A stretch of 64,000 bases of DNA from Gallionella sp. (GCA_034371155.1 JAXMKV010000017.1:13371-77370), one strand, 5' to 3'. Shown: positions 30,651-43,819, counted from the first letter of the stretch. Program-made: numbers and translations. The notes: generated by a model from the sequence alone, not told the origin.

Positions 30651-32093
30651 ATGAAACCAGTCTGGATCATAGATGACGACCGCTCCATCCGCTGGGTATT
30701 GGAAAAATCACTCACGCGCGAAGACATCGAGTTCAAAAGCTTTGCCACGGCAGACGACGCGCTGCGGGCCTTGAGCAACGACACACCGCAGGTCGTAATC
30801 AGCGACATCCGCATGCCCGGCAGCTCCGGGTTGGATTTTCTGCAAGCGCTGCACCAGCGACACCCGCATATCCCGGTCATCATCATGACTGCCTACTCCG
30901 ACTTGGAAAGCGCTGTTTCCGCATTTCAAGGCGGCGCATTCGAATATCTTCCCAAACCTTTCGACATCAATCATGCCGTCGAGCTGATCCGCCGCGCGAT
31001 CGAGCAAAGCAAACGCAAATCCGGCGAACCCGAGGAAATCGAAGTGGCCGCCGACATCCTGGGACAAGCTCCCGCGATGCAGGAAGTGTTCCGTGCCATC
31101 GGTCGTCTGTCGCAATCGCATGCCACCGTGCTGATCAACGGCGAATCCGGCACCGGCAAAGAACTGGTCGCCCGCGCCCTGCACCGGCACAGCCCGCGCG
31201 CCGACAAGCCCTTCATTGCCATCAATACCGCCGCGATCCCCAAGGATCTGCTCGAATCCGAGCTGTTCGGACACGAGCGAGGTGCCTTCACCGGAGCGGC
31301 GGCGACGCGGCGCGGCCGTTTCGAGCAGGCCGAAGGCGGCACATTGTTCCTCGACGAGATCGGTGACATGCCATCCGACCTGCAAACCCGCCTCCTGCGC
31401 GTCTTATCAGACGGCAATTTCTACCGGGTCGGCGGTCACCAACCGATCAAAGCCAATGTGCGCATCATCACCGCCACGCACCAGAACCTAGACGAACGCG
31501 TAAAACAGGGGCTGTTCCGCGAAGACCTGTTCCATCGCCTGAACGTGATTCGCCTGCGCCTGCCGCCGCTGCGCGAACGCCGCGAGGACATTCCGCTGCT
31601 GGCCAAATATTTCCTGCAAAAAAGCGCGCGCGAATTGGCGGTCGAACAAAAACAACTCAGTGAAGAAACCCTGCGCTTTCTCGCCGCACAGGACTTTCCC
31701 GGCAATGTCCGTCAACTGGAAAACCTGTGCCATTGGATCATCGTGATGACCCCCTCACAGATCGTCGAAATCGCCGACTTGCCACCTGAGTGGCGCGAAG
31801 AAACGGGAGAAAGTCCCCTGCCCGGTGACGACTGGAGTGCCGCGCTAGCGCGCCAAGCCTCCCAATCACTGCTGCGCGGCGACGAACGCATCATGGATAC
31901 GCTCACCGCCCAGTTCGAACGCACGCTGATCCTTCAGGCATTACAGCACACCGGAGGGCGGCGCATCGAAGCCGCCACCCTGCTAGGCATCGGGCGCAAT
32001 ACCTTGACGCGCAAGATACAAGAACTCGGTATAGAGAATCAGATAGAAAACAACACCCAGCAGAACGCCAACAGTGTCGCGCCACCCTCCTGA
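30651..32093 (+). CDS. glnG: Nitrogen regulation response regulator NtrC
   Basis: MKPVWIIDDDRSIRWVL, GESGTGKE, ESELFGHERGAFTGA and GIGRNTLTRK. Confidence 0.97.
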   Translation: MKPVWIIDDDRSIRWVLEKSLTREDIEFKSFATADDALRALSNDTPQVVISDIRMPGSSGLDFLQALHQRHPHIPVIIMTAYSDLESAVSAFQGGAFEYLPKPFDINHAVELIRRAIEQSKRKSGEPEEIEVAADILGQAPAMQEVFRAIGRLSQSHATVLINGESGTGKELVARALHRHSPRADKPFIAINTAAIPKDLLESELFGHERGAFTGAAATRRGRFEQAEGGTLFLDEIGDMPSDLQTRLLRVLSDGNFYRVGGHQPIKANVRIITATHQNLDERVKQGLFREDLFHRLNVIRLRLPPLRERREDIPLLAKYFLQKSARELAVEQKQLSEETLRFLAAQDFPGNVRQLENLCHWIIVMTPSQIVEIADLPPEWREETGESPLPGDDWSAALARQASQSLLRGDERIMDTLTAQFERTLILQALQHTGGRRIEAATLLGIGRNTLTRKIQELGIENQIENNTQQNANSVAPPS

Positions 32094-32137
32094 CGATGTC
32101 TGCCGCCAGATTTCGCCGGTCTTCAGGGACTGAAACA

Positions 32138-32563
32138 CTAGCCGACCGGCTTCTTGACCAGCTTTTCCAGCGCCGACTTGAGCGGTGACTCGACCAGACC
32201 GGCACTGAACTCGCTCAATTCGGCGCAGGCGCTTTTGCTTAATTGCCGAGGTGTCGGCTCCTGCCTCACGGCACCAACGATGACTTGCACCTTGACCCGG
32301 ATTCCGCTAACCTCGCACCCCCTGTTTTGCAACATCTCCACGACTTGCGGGGCAAGTTGGCGCAATTTTGCGGCAACGGTGGAATTGGCGACAGCGACGC
32401 TCAGCAGACCGGATAGCAGACCGATGACCGTGCAAGACGGCGCAAGACGGGATGGCACGACACTCGCAAAATGGTGCTGCAACGCAGCCAGCGTGTGCGC
32501 CTTGGACAGCAAAGGACGAAGTTCCGGACTGTCGTTCAATAGTGAATCGAATCGCTGCGTCAC
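32138..32563 (-). CDS. DUF721/DciA family protein
   Basis: LSVAVANSTVAAKLRQ..P motif; divergent from the M23-secA genes. Confidence 0.75.
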   Translation of the reverse strand: MTQRFDSLLNDSPELRPLLSKAHTLAALQHHFASVVPSRLAPSCTVIGLLSGLLSVAVANSTVAAKLRQLAPQVVEMLQNRGCEVSGIRVKVQVIVGAVRQEPTPRQLSKSACAELSEFSAGLVESPLKSALEKLVKKPVG

Positions 32564-32593
32564 AAAAAGTTATAACCAATTTTAGGGGGGGGC

Positions 32594-33514
32594 ATGAATA
32601 TTATTCTAGTTTCCAATCGCTTGGCAAAATCTCGCTGCATCACATTGGGCACTTGGCAGATCATCCTGCTGGCAGTGCTGGTGACCGTCATGGTCTGGAT
32701 CGCGACCTTCACCCTGCAATACACCCTGGCGCGTTTCGCGCCGGAAGGCCTGAACGACGGCGTGCGCGCCCTGCTATCCAAAATACAGAGCGAGGAACGG
32801 CTGAAGCGGCAATCCTACGTAGATAGCAGCCTCGACGCGATGGCGGCGCGCGTGGGGCAGATGCAAGCCCAGCTACAACGATTGGATGCGCTCGGAACAC
32901 GCCTGGCAAAGATCTCCGGCATGAAAGAAGAGGAATTCCGCTTCGACCAACCGCCGGCACAGGGTGGCCCCCTAGTCGCCCTGACCGGACAGCAGATGTC
33001 CGTCGCCGCGCTGGAGCAGCAGCTTAAAACACTGACCCAACTGGTCAGCGACCGTAGCGACAAACTGATGGCGCTAGAAACCATGCTGTTGCAAAACCAG
33101 CTCAGCCGCAAGCTCCTGCCTTCGATCCCGCCGGTGACCGAAGGCTTTTATTCGTCCAATTTCGGCTGGCGCCTCGACCCCTTCACCGGAGCGAGCGCCA
33201 TGCATGAGGGCGTGGACTACATGGTGCCGCAGGGCACCGCCATCCGCGCCTCCGCCGGCGGCGTGGTCGCCTACTCCGACCACCATGCCCAGTATGGTAA
33301 TATGGTCGAAATCGACCATGGCAATGACATCGTGACACGTTATGCGCATGCTTCCCGCTTGCTGGTAAAAGTAGGCCAAGTGGTGCGGCGCGGTGAAAAG
33401 ATCGCCGAGGTCGGCAGTACCGGACGCTCCACCGGCAACCACCTGCACTTTGAAGTTCGTTACAAAGGTATCGCCCAGAACCCCGTGCGCTTCCTGCAGG
33501 ATGTGACCGGCTGA
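32594..33514 (+). CDS. M23 family peptidase
   Basis: N-terminal TM, coiled coil, HEGVD, YAH and HLHFEVR. Confidence 0.92.
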   Translation: MNIILVSNRLAKSRCITLGTWQIILLAVLVTVMVWIATFTLQYTLARFAPEGLNDGVRALLSKIQSEERLKRQSYVDSSLDAMAARVGQMQAQLQRLDALGTRLAKISGMKEEEFRFDQPPAQGGPLVALTGQQMSVAALEQQLKTLTQLVSDRSDKLMALETMLLQNQLSRKLLPSIPPVTEGFYSSNFGWRLDPFTGASAMHEGVDYMVPQGTAIRASAGGVVAYSDHHAQYGNMVEIDHGNDIVTRYAHASRLLVKVGQVVRRGEKIAEVGSTGRSTGNHLHFEVRYKGIAQNPVRFLQDVTG

Positions 33515-33535
33515 TGGCGACTTGAGACAGTCCGG

Positions 33536-33570
33536 GGGTGAGGCGGCAAGACGCCTCACCCTTTTATTTT
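33536..33570 (+). terminator. Intrinsic terminator between M23 peptidase gene and secA
   Basis: GGGTGAGGCG-GCAAGA-CGCCTCACCC followed by TTTTATTTT. Confidence 0.75.
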
Positions 33571-33592
33571 TGCAGCAGAGAAAACAAAAAAC

Positions 33593-36307
<2,715 letters not shown>

Positions 36308-36328
36308 CGCAAATCAAGGAGAATCGAG

Positions 36329-36814
36329 ATGTCATTAGTGATTGATACGCTGCGCACCTCACCCATCACCGAGGAATTGAGCGATGCCGAGGTCGAGATC
36401 CTCGCCGCCCTGTTCGAAGTCTACGAATACAAATCCGGCGAAACCATCGTGCAACCCGGCGCGGAACAGCCGGACAACCTCTACATCCTGGCGCACGGCG
36501 ATATCGAAGTGAAGATTCAGAGCGGCGAAGGCGAATCCACCATACACGTGCTCAAACCGGGCGAACTGGCCGGTATGATCACCTTCGTCGGCGGTGCCGC
36601 CACACAAGTCAGCGCGACACTGTACGCCGTCGGCAACACCAAAGTCCTGAGCCTGGAACGCGCCAAATTCGAAACCCTGCTCAACTCCCATCCGCTGATC
36701 GTCTACCGCGTCATGCGCGGTCTGGCACGCAGCATGCACGGCATCGTGCGGCGCGTAAACGTACAATCCGCCGAATTGAGCAACTACATCTACCGCACCC
36801 ACGGACGTTATTAA
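36329..36814 (+). CDS. Stand-alone cyclic nucleotide-binding domain protein
   Basis: LYILAHGDIEV...LKPGELAG cNMP beta-barrel with no HTH; GGAG SD. Confidence 0.82.
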   Translation: MSLVIDTLRTSPITEELSDAEVEILAALFEVYEYKSGETIVQPGAEQPDNLYILAHGDIEVKIQSGEGESTIHVLKPGELAGMITFVGGAATQVSATLYAVGNTKVLSLERAKFETLLNSHPLIVYRVMRGLARSMHGIVRRVNVQSAELSNYIYRTHGRY

Positions 36815-36896
36815 AAGACTGGTAGCGGGCAGCCAAACCGTTTTTGCTATCCGCCACGAGCCACACGCTCCAGAATCTTAGAATCAGGAAGAACTC

Positions 36897-38114
36897 ATGC
36901 CGGTCAATCTGACAAAGCCCGCTGCGGCCGAACTCTTGCCCGTTGCGGGCGTTTTGCTGGGAACCGCCGAAGCCGGCATCAAACGTCCCGACCGCAAAGA
37001 TCTGCTGGTCATACAACTATGTGAAGGCGCGCAAGTCGCCGGCGTATTCACCACCAACCGCTTCTGCGCCGCGCCGGTGATCGTCGCACGCGAACACCTC
37101 GCGCAGGGCAACGGCATCCGCGCGCTGGTGGTCAACACCGGCAACGCCAATGCCGGCACCGGCGAACAGGGCATGCGGGACGCGCACGCCACCTGCGCGG
37201 CACTGGCAGGCCTGCTGGACTGCCAAGCCTCGCAGATCCTGCCCTTCTCCACCGGAGTGATCATGGAACCGCTACCGGTCGCCAAGGTCGCTGCCGGCCT
37301 GCCGCGCGCGGTCGCCAATGCGGTCGAGGACAACTGGTTCGATGCCGCCCACGCGATCATGACCACCGACATCGTCGCCAAGGCCGTCTCACGCCAAGTG
37401 CAGATCGACGGCAAAACCGTCACCGTCACCGGCATCGCCAAAGGCTCCGGCATGATCCATCCGAACATGGCCACCATGCTCGGCTACATCGCCACCGATG
37501 CCGCCGTACCGCAAGCCCTGCTGCAAACCCTGGTAAAAAACGCCAGCGATGCCTCCTTCAACTGCATCACCGTCGACGGTGACACCTCCACCAACGATGC
37601 ACTGATGCTGATCGCCACCGGCAAGAGCGGCGCACAGATCGACAGATCCAACAGCGCGCCACTGCAAGCCACCCTCAACGAAGTGGCCATTCTGCTGGCA
37701 CAAGCCATCGTGCGTGACGGTGAAGGTGCCACCAAATTCATGACCATCCGCGTGGAAGGCGGCAAAGACACCGCCGAATGCAAGCAGATCGGCTACGCCA
37801 TCGCGCACTCCCCTTTGGTCAAAACCGCCTTCTTCGCCTCCGACCCCAATCTCGGCCGCATCCTCGCCGCCATCGGCTACGCGGGCATCGGCGACCTCGA
37901 TGTGGACGTACTGAAACTCTACCTCGACGATATTCTGGTCGCCGAAAAAGGCGGACGGGCAGCGAGCTACCGCGAAGAAGACGGACAGCGCATCATGCAA
38001 CAAAGCGACATCACCATCCGCGTGCAACTCGGGCGCGGCACGGAAAGCGCAACCTTGTGGACCTGCGACTTTTCCTACGACTACGTGAAGATCAACGCGA
38101 GCTATCGCAGCTAG
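36897..38114 (+). CDS. argJ: Bifunctional ornithine acetyltransferase/N-acetylglutamate synthase
   Basis: [26 protein letters not shown] cleavage site and [14 protein letters not shown]. Confidence 0.97.
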   Translation: MPVNLTKPAAAELLPVAGVLLGTAEAGIKRPDRKDLLVIQLCEGAQVAGVFTTNRFCAAPVIVAREHLAQGNGIRALVVNTGNANAGTGEQGMRDAHATCAALAGLLDCQASQILPFSTGVIMEPLPVAKVAAGLPRAVANAVEDNWFDAAHAIMTTDIVAKAVSRQVQIDGKTVTVTGIAKGSGMIHPNMATMLGYIATDAAVPQALLQTLVKNASDASFNCITVDGDTSTNDALMLIATGKSGAQIDRSNSAPLQATLNEVAILLAQAIVRDGEGATKFMTIRVEGGKDTAECKQIGYAIAHSPLVKTAFFASDPNLGRILAAIGYAGIGDLDVDVLKLYLDDILVAEKGGRAASYREEDGQRIMQQSDITIRVQLGRGTESATLWTCDFSYDYVKINASYRS

Positions 38115-38280
38115 TCTACTTATGTGCGTGCTGCGGCCCCATTAATGCCTACAGAGGACGCATAAGAGCGTGCCAGCTTATAGTAAGCTGTGAAACAGGG
38201 GGCAGAATTTTGTATACACGGAGCTTCTCTACTTCTGCGGTTTCGGCAAACTTCCGTTTGATCTCCGACTTCCTAACTAC

Positions 38281-38385
38281 TTCGGCAACCTGTGCCACAA
38301 CAAAAAACTCAACCTCTTCACAACCCCGTGGCGGATGAAGGTCGATGTGTAGTGGAAACTCTACTGCCTAGTGCACAACATCGAA
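38281..38385 (+). pseudogene. Remnant of an IS1182-family transposase C-terminus
   Basis: Translates FGNLCHNKKLNLFTTPWRMKVDV*WKLYCLVHNIE, which resembles the IS1182 terminal motif FGNLRHNK..RFTLRG..KV..QW.LYCLVHNIE. Internal TAG, no start codon. Confidence 0.75.
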
Positions 38386-38543
38386 TATGCCCGATGCCGC
38401 GCATCCTCATCCGAACAAATGCCCCTGGCTCGCCGCCGTGATCATAACTATGGGAATTTTATTCTGAAACGGAAACGCTTCAGGAAGGAAAGAATTGGCT
38501 GGAAAATCGGTTGAAAATGGATTCCTACAGCGTCCATGGACCA

Positions 38544-38801
38544 TTATCTGCGGCGCTGCATCGGCAAGCTGGGTGTGCGTCCCTCGATATGGCGGAACGT
38601 GATGCGCCCCTTGCTCAGATCGTAAGGCGACAGTTCCAGCGAAACTTTGTCGCCGGCGATGATGCGGATGTGGTTCTTGCGCATTTTTCCGGCGCTGTAG
38701 GCGATGAGCAGATGGCCGTTGTCAAGCGTCACGCGGTAGCGCGCATCGGGTAGAACTTCAGTTACTACGCCATTCATTTCGATAAGTTCTTCTTTGGCCA
38801 C
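38544..38801 (-). CDS. infA: Translation initiation factor IF-1 (copy outside the ribosomal protein operon)
   Basis: [47 protein letters not shown]. Confidence 0.95.
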   Translation of the reverse strand: MAKEELIEMNGVVTEVLPDARYRVTLDNGHLLIAYSAGKMRKNHIRIIAGDKVSLELSPYDLSKGRITFRHIEGRTPSLPMQRRR

Positions 38802-38845
38802 GCCTGAGTCTCCCGGGATGTGCGAAAAATGGGATGCAAAAAGAA

Positions 38846-38873
38846 GAAAAAGCCCAGCGCTCGCCGGGCTTTT
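38846..38873. terminator. Hairpin terminator between csp and infA
   Basis: AAAAGCCC-N10-GGGCTTTT. Confidence 0.6.
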
Positions 38874-38947
38874 CCGGTGGCGGCCACTTCAAAAAAACGA
38901 CCACCTGCAGCGATATTGCGGCATAAATTGCCTGCCGCAACGATGGA

Positions 38948-39151
38948 TCAGATCCCGCGAATGTTCGAAGCCTGCTGACCTTTGGGGCCGGTGGTAATTT
39001 CGAAGCTGACCTGCTGGCCTTCGGTCAAAGACTTGAAGCCTTCGCTCTGGATCGCGGAAAAATGCGCGAAAAGATCATCACCGCCGTTTTCCGGAGTAAT
39101 GAAACCGAAACCCTTGGAATCGTTGAACCACTTGACTGTACCTGTTGCCAT
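38948..39151 (-). CDS. cspA: Cold-shock protein (CspA family)
   Basis: [26 protein letters not shown] and GPKG; 67 aa, AGGAG SD. Confidence 0.95.
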   Translation of the reverse strand: MATGTVKWFNDSKGFGFITPENGGDDLFAHFSAIQSEGFKSLTEGQQVSFEITTGPKGQQASNIRGI

Positions 39152-39353
39152 CTTGAATCTCCTTGAAATAAACAAAGGGGTTGCCCCCGATAGAGGCGAA
39201 GGTCAAGACGGCAGGGTGATGAAGGGAGACACACCGCATCGAAGCGGGAACCGAACCAGACAGCAACAAACAGCGCTTGAAAATCGCGGGGCGCACTATG
39301 CGCTCTATTGTCGGCAATAGCAAATGGAATTGTCTTCGTTGTCGGGAGATCGC

Positions 39354-42300
39354 TCAATCCTTTGAATCCTGCTTAAGCAGATAAGCCTCAAATTCTTCCG
39401 GCGGCAGCGCCTTCGAGAAAAAGAAGCCCTGGCCGAAATCGCAACCCGCCTTGATCAGCAGGTCGAGCTGTTGCTCGGTCTCAATACCTTCCGCGACCAC
39501 TTTCAAATCTAGCCGGTGGGCCATGACGATAATGGCTTCGGAAAGCGCGAGATCGCTGGAGTCCGGCGCCAACTGGCGGGTGAACGACTGGTCGATCTTC
39601 AGATAGTCGATATCAAACTTGTTGAGATAGGAAAGTGCCGAATAGCCGGTGCCGAAATCGTCAATGGAAACCTGAATGCCGGCATCGCGGAATTTGAGTA
39701 GCTTGTCGGTTACCCGTGAGTTTTCTTCCAGCAGCAAGCCTTCGGTGATCTCGATGTTGAGGTTCTTGCCTGACAGCCCGAGTTTGTTCAGATGTTGCAG
39801 CCAGTAGTCGTTCGCGGAGGCATCCTGAAACTGTATCGGCGATTTATTGATACTGATCTGGAAATCAAACTCGATCAGTTTCGCCCAGCGCTGCACCCAA
39901 ATGATCGCCTCTTCAAAAACCCAGTCACCAATGTCGCCGATGAGCCCGTTCTCCTCGGCAAGCGGGATAAAATCGGCCGGGCTGATCAGTCCCTTTTCGG
40001 GATGCATCCAGCGGATCAGGGCCTCGGCCTTGAACACCTTCCCAGTCGCCAGTTCGATGATGGGCTGGAAGTGCAGACGGAATTGCTTGCGCGACACGGC
40101 CAGGCGCAGGTCAACCACCATGGAAGAACGATCAACGGCCCTTTTTTGTAGCGCCGGAGTGAAATAGGAATAGCGGTTTCTTCCCTCGCCCTTTGACTGG
40201 TACATCGCCTGATCGGCGTTCTTGAGCAGCGTCTCCACATCTTCGCCGTCGCCAGGACAGACGGTGATGCCGATGCTCGCGGTAACATAGGCGCTGTCGC
40301 CGCCGAGGACGAAGGGCATTTTCAGCGATGCGATGATCGCCTGCGCCACCCGATCAATATGGACGGTGTCGGTGATTTCTGAAAGGATGACGGTGAATTC
40401 GTCGCCGCCAAGCCGCGCCACCGTATCCGTCGCACGTACGCAGGCCGAAATCCGTTGCACAGCTTCAATCAACAGCATGTCGCCGGCCTGGTGGCCTAGC
40501 GTATCGTTGACTTCCTTGAAGCGATCCAGATCGATAAACAGCAGCGCCAACTGATTTTCAGTGCGACGCACTTTGTGCACATCCTGTCCCAAGCGATCTA
40601 CAAATAGCCGACGGTTCGGCAACTGGGTGAGTTGATCGTAATTTGCCTGAATCCAGATTAGCTCTTCCGATTGCTTGCGCTCGGTGATATCAACGAACAG
40701 CGCCAGATGGTTGCGAATCGAACCGTCCGGATTGCGGATGATGCCCATCGATATCCATTCCGGATAGATGGAGTTGTCCTTTTTGCGATTCCATATTTCG
40801 CCTTGCCAGCGCCCGGTCGTCAGCAGCGTATCCCACATACCGGCATAGAAAGCAGTCTCGTGTCGGCCCGACTTCAGAATGCTGGGACTACGGCCCAGCA
40901 CCTCTTCGCGTGAATAGCCGGTAATGGCGGAGAACGCCGGATTGACGGAGATGATGCAATTCTCGGCATCGGTCACCATGATCGCTTCGCTGCTAGCTTG
41001 GTAGACCCGGCTTGCCAGCTCGTTTTCCTCCTCCAGACGCTTACGCTGGGTAATGTCGCGCGCTATGCCCAACACCCCGATCAAGTTACCGTCGCCATCC
41101 AGCATCGGGGTCTTGATGGTTTCGAACAAGCCGCGATGACCGTCGCTGGCGAAGGTCAACCATTCCTCATTGATCGTCGGGCCTCCCGCATTCATCGCAT
41201 TCCGGTCATGCTGACGGAAAAAGTCCGCCAACTCTTTGCTCACAAAATCGTAATCCGACTTGCCGACTATCGCCTGCTCCGTTGAGCCATACAGCTTTTC
41301 GAAGCGCGGATTACAACTGAGATAAATTCCCTCTGGATTCTTGAGCCAGATCAGATCCGGAATAGTGCCGATCAGCGATTTGAGCAAGCCGCGTTCGTGC
41401 GCCAGCTCCTTCTGGCTTTGCAGCAGAGCCGCTTGCATGAACAGCAATTGGTCGCGCTCTTTCAATAATGTGCCCTGCCGAATCATCGCCAGAATAATGA
41501 CGATTACCGAGCCGATATCGGCTGTCGTCTGCACGACAAACGGCAAGCCGACCAGCGTATGCGACAGAACAACGGCAAGCGAAGCGAGCATCACGGTAAT
41601 CAGAGGAAGCAGGCGCAACACCCCTTCGCACCACCGATCCCAGCGGGGATCATCGTTCCTCTCCATCTTCCATTGCGTCAGGCTGAAGCCGAGCAGCAAC
41701 ACCGCGACGGAGAATGAAATATTGAACCAGGAACCGTCGATGGCCGTTCCGTCCAGCGCCATGAAGTTCCAGTCCATCCAGCTCAGCGCGGTCGCCACCA
41801 GGGCGATCTGGGAAGCGATCAGACCAAAGCGCAAACGCAGGCGCAGCGACGGGATCATCGTGAGCATGGTAAGCGCGGCGGCGAACAGTGTGGTTGGATA
41901 GGCGATCAGCACCAGCAAAGGGAGCAAGGGAGTTTCGCCGCGCTTGGGCAGATACAGCACCAAAATGAGCGTCAGCATCGCCACCGACAGAGTGAGCGCA
42001 TCCAGCCAGAGGGTTCTCTTGTCCACCCCGGAAGCGTAGTTGCGTATCTCCAGCAATAGCCCCACCGTGATGCAGGGCCCCAGCCAGAGATAGAACAAGT
42101 CTGAAGGCGCGGGGAACTCGGCGTAGCCTATCGCCGTCTGGATGTCCCACAGTATCTGGCCGATGGCATAGCCGGTCAGCCCGAGCGCGATCCAGAACAG
42201 CCCCCTGCTGTCTTCCGGTGCGGCCTGCCTGATGCTCAGCCAGGCGACGATGGCCGCGGCCGCGGTGCTGGAAGTCCAGTGCAGATTGTCGAAGAATCGT

Positions 42301-42416
42301 ACCCAGTAAAGCTCCGTCGCCAAGCGTATGCCCAGCGTGCCGACGAGTATGCCGATCGCCCCGATCAGCAGTACGGCTTTGATGCTGGAGGGCAGCGACT
42401 TGATGGAAAGACTCAT
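39354..42416 (-). CDS. Membrane-bound PAS-PAS-GGDEF-EAL c-di-GMP signalling protein
   Basis: About 9 N-terminal TM helices (FPAPSDLFYL), two PAS domains, RLGGDEF, EAL, DDFGTGYS and KID. Start ATG 42416 overlaps the upstream stop (TGATG). Confidence 0.93.
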   Translation of the reverse strand: MSLSIKSLPSSIKAVLLIGAIGILVGTLGIRLATELYWVRFFDNLHWTSSTAAAAIVAWLSIRQAAPEDSRGLFWIALGLTGYAIGQILWDIQTAIGYAEFPAPSDLFYLWLGPCITVGLLLEIRNYASGVDKRTLWLDALTLSVAMLTLILVLYLPKRGETPLLPLLVLIAYPTTLFAAALTMLTMIPSLRLRLRFGLIASQIALVATALSWMDWNFMALDGTAIDGSWFNISFSVAVLLLGFSLTQWKMERNDDPRWDRWCEGVLRLLPLITVMLASLAVVLSHTLVGLPFVVQTTADIGSVIVIILAMIRQGTLLKERDQLLFMQAALLQSQKELAHERGLLKSLIGTIPDLIWLKNPEGIYLSCNPRFEKLYGSTEQAIVGKSDYDFVSKELADFFRQHDRNAMNAGGPTINEEWLTFASDGHRGLFETIKTPMLDGDGNLIGVLGIARDITQRKRLEEENELASRVYQASSEAIMVTDAENCIISVNPAFSAITGYSREEVLGRSPSILKSGRHETAFYAGMWDTLLTTGRWQGEIWNRKKDNSIYPEWISMGIIRNPDGSIRNHLALFVDITERKQSEELIWIQANYDQLTQLPNRRLFVDRLGQDVHKVRRTENQLALLFIDLDRFKEVNDTLGHQAGDMLLIEAVQRISACVRATDTVARLGGDEFTVILSEITDTVHIDRVAQAIIASLKMPFVLGGDSAYVTASIGITVCPGDGEDVETLLKNADQAMYQSKGEGRNRYSYFTPALQKRAVDRSSMVVDLRLAVSRKQFRLHFQPIIELATGKVFKAEALIRWMHPEKGLISPADFIPLAEENGLIGDIGDWVFEEAIIWVQRWAKLIEFDFQISINKSPIQFQDASANDYWLQHLNKLGLSGKNLNIEITEGLLLEENSRVTDKLLKFRDAGIQVSIDDFGTGYSALSYLNKFDIDYLKIDQSFTRQLAPDSSDLALSEAIIVMAHRLDLKVVAEGIETEQQLDLLIKAGCDFGQGFFFSKALPPEEFEAYLLKQDSKD

Positions 42417-43261
42417 CAGAATTCCTTGTTGGCGCCGATTATCCAGTGAACGCCATCGACGTTCGCGGTCTTGCCGTTGCCGGCGACGGAAAGGAAATTC
42501 CGGTAAAGTTCCGCGCCTTGCGTGGCCGTCACGGCAAGCGATGCCGCCCATCCATCGGCGAACCCTTTGGTCATGCTGATCTTGTAATCGCTGTAGCTCA
42601 GCTTGCTGCTGTTGGCGACGGATTGATGTCCCGCATGCAATCCCAGCGTGTAGGCATCGCCCAGATCGAGAGTCGCATTCGCCTCCAGATAACCCGAGCC
42701 GCGCGTGCCTTTGCCCGCCTCGACGCCGCCGAACACGCCGCTGTTCCACACCGACAGCGGCACAGTGCGGTCGTCGTAGCCGTAGTAGTCGGTGAGGCAA
42801 TGCGAGTATTTCAGGTTGAGCCAGCGCCAGGTGAGGCCGAACACCGCCTCGGTCGTGTCGTAACGCTGGTCCGGATAGGTTCCGGCAGGAGTGGCATGCC
42901 GGTAATTCGCACCGGGATAGAAATAAGCGGCGAGACCGGCATCGTAAGTGAGCCTATCGCCGATACCGCCGCGATGGCCGGCATACAAGTCGAGCTCCAG
43001 CGCGCCGCCGGCATAGAAGTTATCTGTCACCTGGGAGCCCCATACGGCGACATACCAGCCGCTGCGGTGCATGACATCAACGCCACCCTGCAACGCAGGA
43101 TTGCCCCAGTTCAACTGCAAGCCGCGGCTGACATAATCGGAGACGACGCCCACATTTGACGCTACCGTGAATTCCGGCGCTTCCTCCGCAGCAACGGGCA
43201 ATGTGAGCGCAAACAACGCCAGGGCTGCGCCGATCCCTGAGTTTCGATATGGAGCGTTCAT
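42416..43261 (-). CDS. TorF-family putative porin
   Basis: Signal peptide, SDYVSRG...PALQGGVD, ELDLYAG, YSDYK and C-terminal Phe. Confidence 0.82.
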   Translation of the reverse strand: MNAPYRNSGIGAALALFALTLPVAAEEAPEFTVASNVGVVSDYVSRGLQLNWGNPALQGGVDVMHRSGWYVAVWGSQVTDNFYAGGALELDLYAGHRGGIGDRLTYDAGLAAYFYPGANYRHATPAGTYPDQRYDTTEAVFGLTWRWLNLKYSHCLTDYYGYDDRTVPLSVWNSGVFGGVEAGKGTRGSGYLEANATLDLGDAYTLGLHAGHQSVANSSKLSYSDYKISMTKGFADGWAASLAVTATQGAELYRNFLSVAGNGKTANVDGVHWIIGANKEF

Positions 43262-43819
43262 GCTTTTCTCCCTATTCTCTTGTCGCGCCTAAGCCATGAA
43301 AGAAGAATGGGATTAGACATGAATTGGAGACTATTACCATTTCGCGCTTTGAGCAAGGTCCAGCCTTGCCCCTAGCCCATCCTTGTCCCTAAGTTTTGTT
43401 TGACTTGTGCTGTTGAATTTCCTATCCTGTAAATCCTCTGAGAAGGGTAAGACCAGTCAGTTTGCTCGCACTGTTTGGTATTTGTGATGTGTTTAATATC
43501 CTCTCTATAGAAACGTTCCTAATTTAAATCTCCGATGAGCTCGCTTGAACGGCCTTTGTTATCCTTCATCCTCCGTATTCTACCTAGTGGAAAACAAGGG
43601 GCTGCTCTATGCTCGGCAGCACGGAGTGATTCTGTTATGCGACTTGGCATGCAAGGATGGCTGCATGCCGCCATCCCAAGGCCATACGCTGGACGCAAAC
43701 ATAATCAAACAGTTGCGCCGTCAGATAAAGACCTCAGAGTGGTGCTTTCTGACGGCGTTTGCGCAGCTTTGCCTCATGCCCATAGAATGGGCGCTCGCTA
43801 GGAAGAGGAAACAAACAAG

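Noticed and set aside
42417-42800. N-terminal extension of the GGDEF-EAL ORF (1148 aa)
   Set aside because: Arg-rich off-frame read of the porin gene; the TGATG overlap marks the true start at 42416.
43640-43710. Possible c-di-GMP-I riboswitch (GGACGCAAA)
   Set aside because: The GNRA tetraloop stem and receptor are missing; only a short motif matches.
43698-43780. Possible integron attC site
   Set aside because: No RYYYAAC/GTTRRRY core sites at the ends and no integrase nearby.
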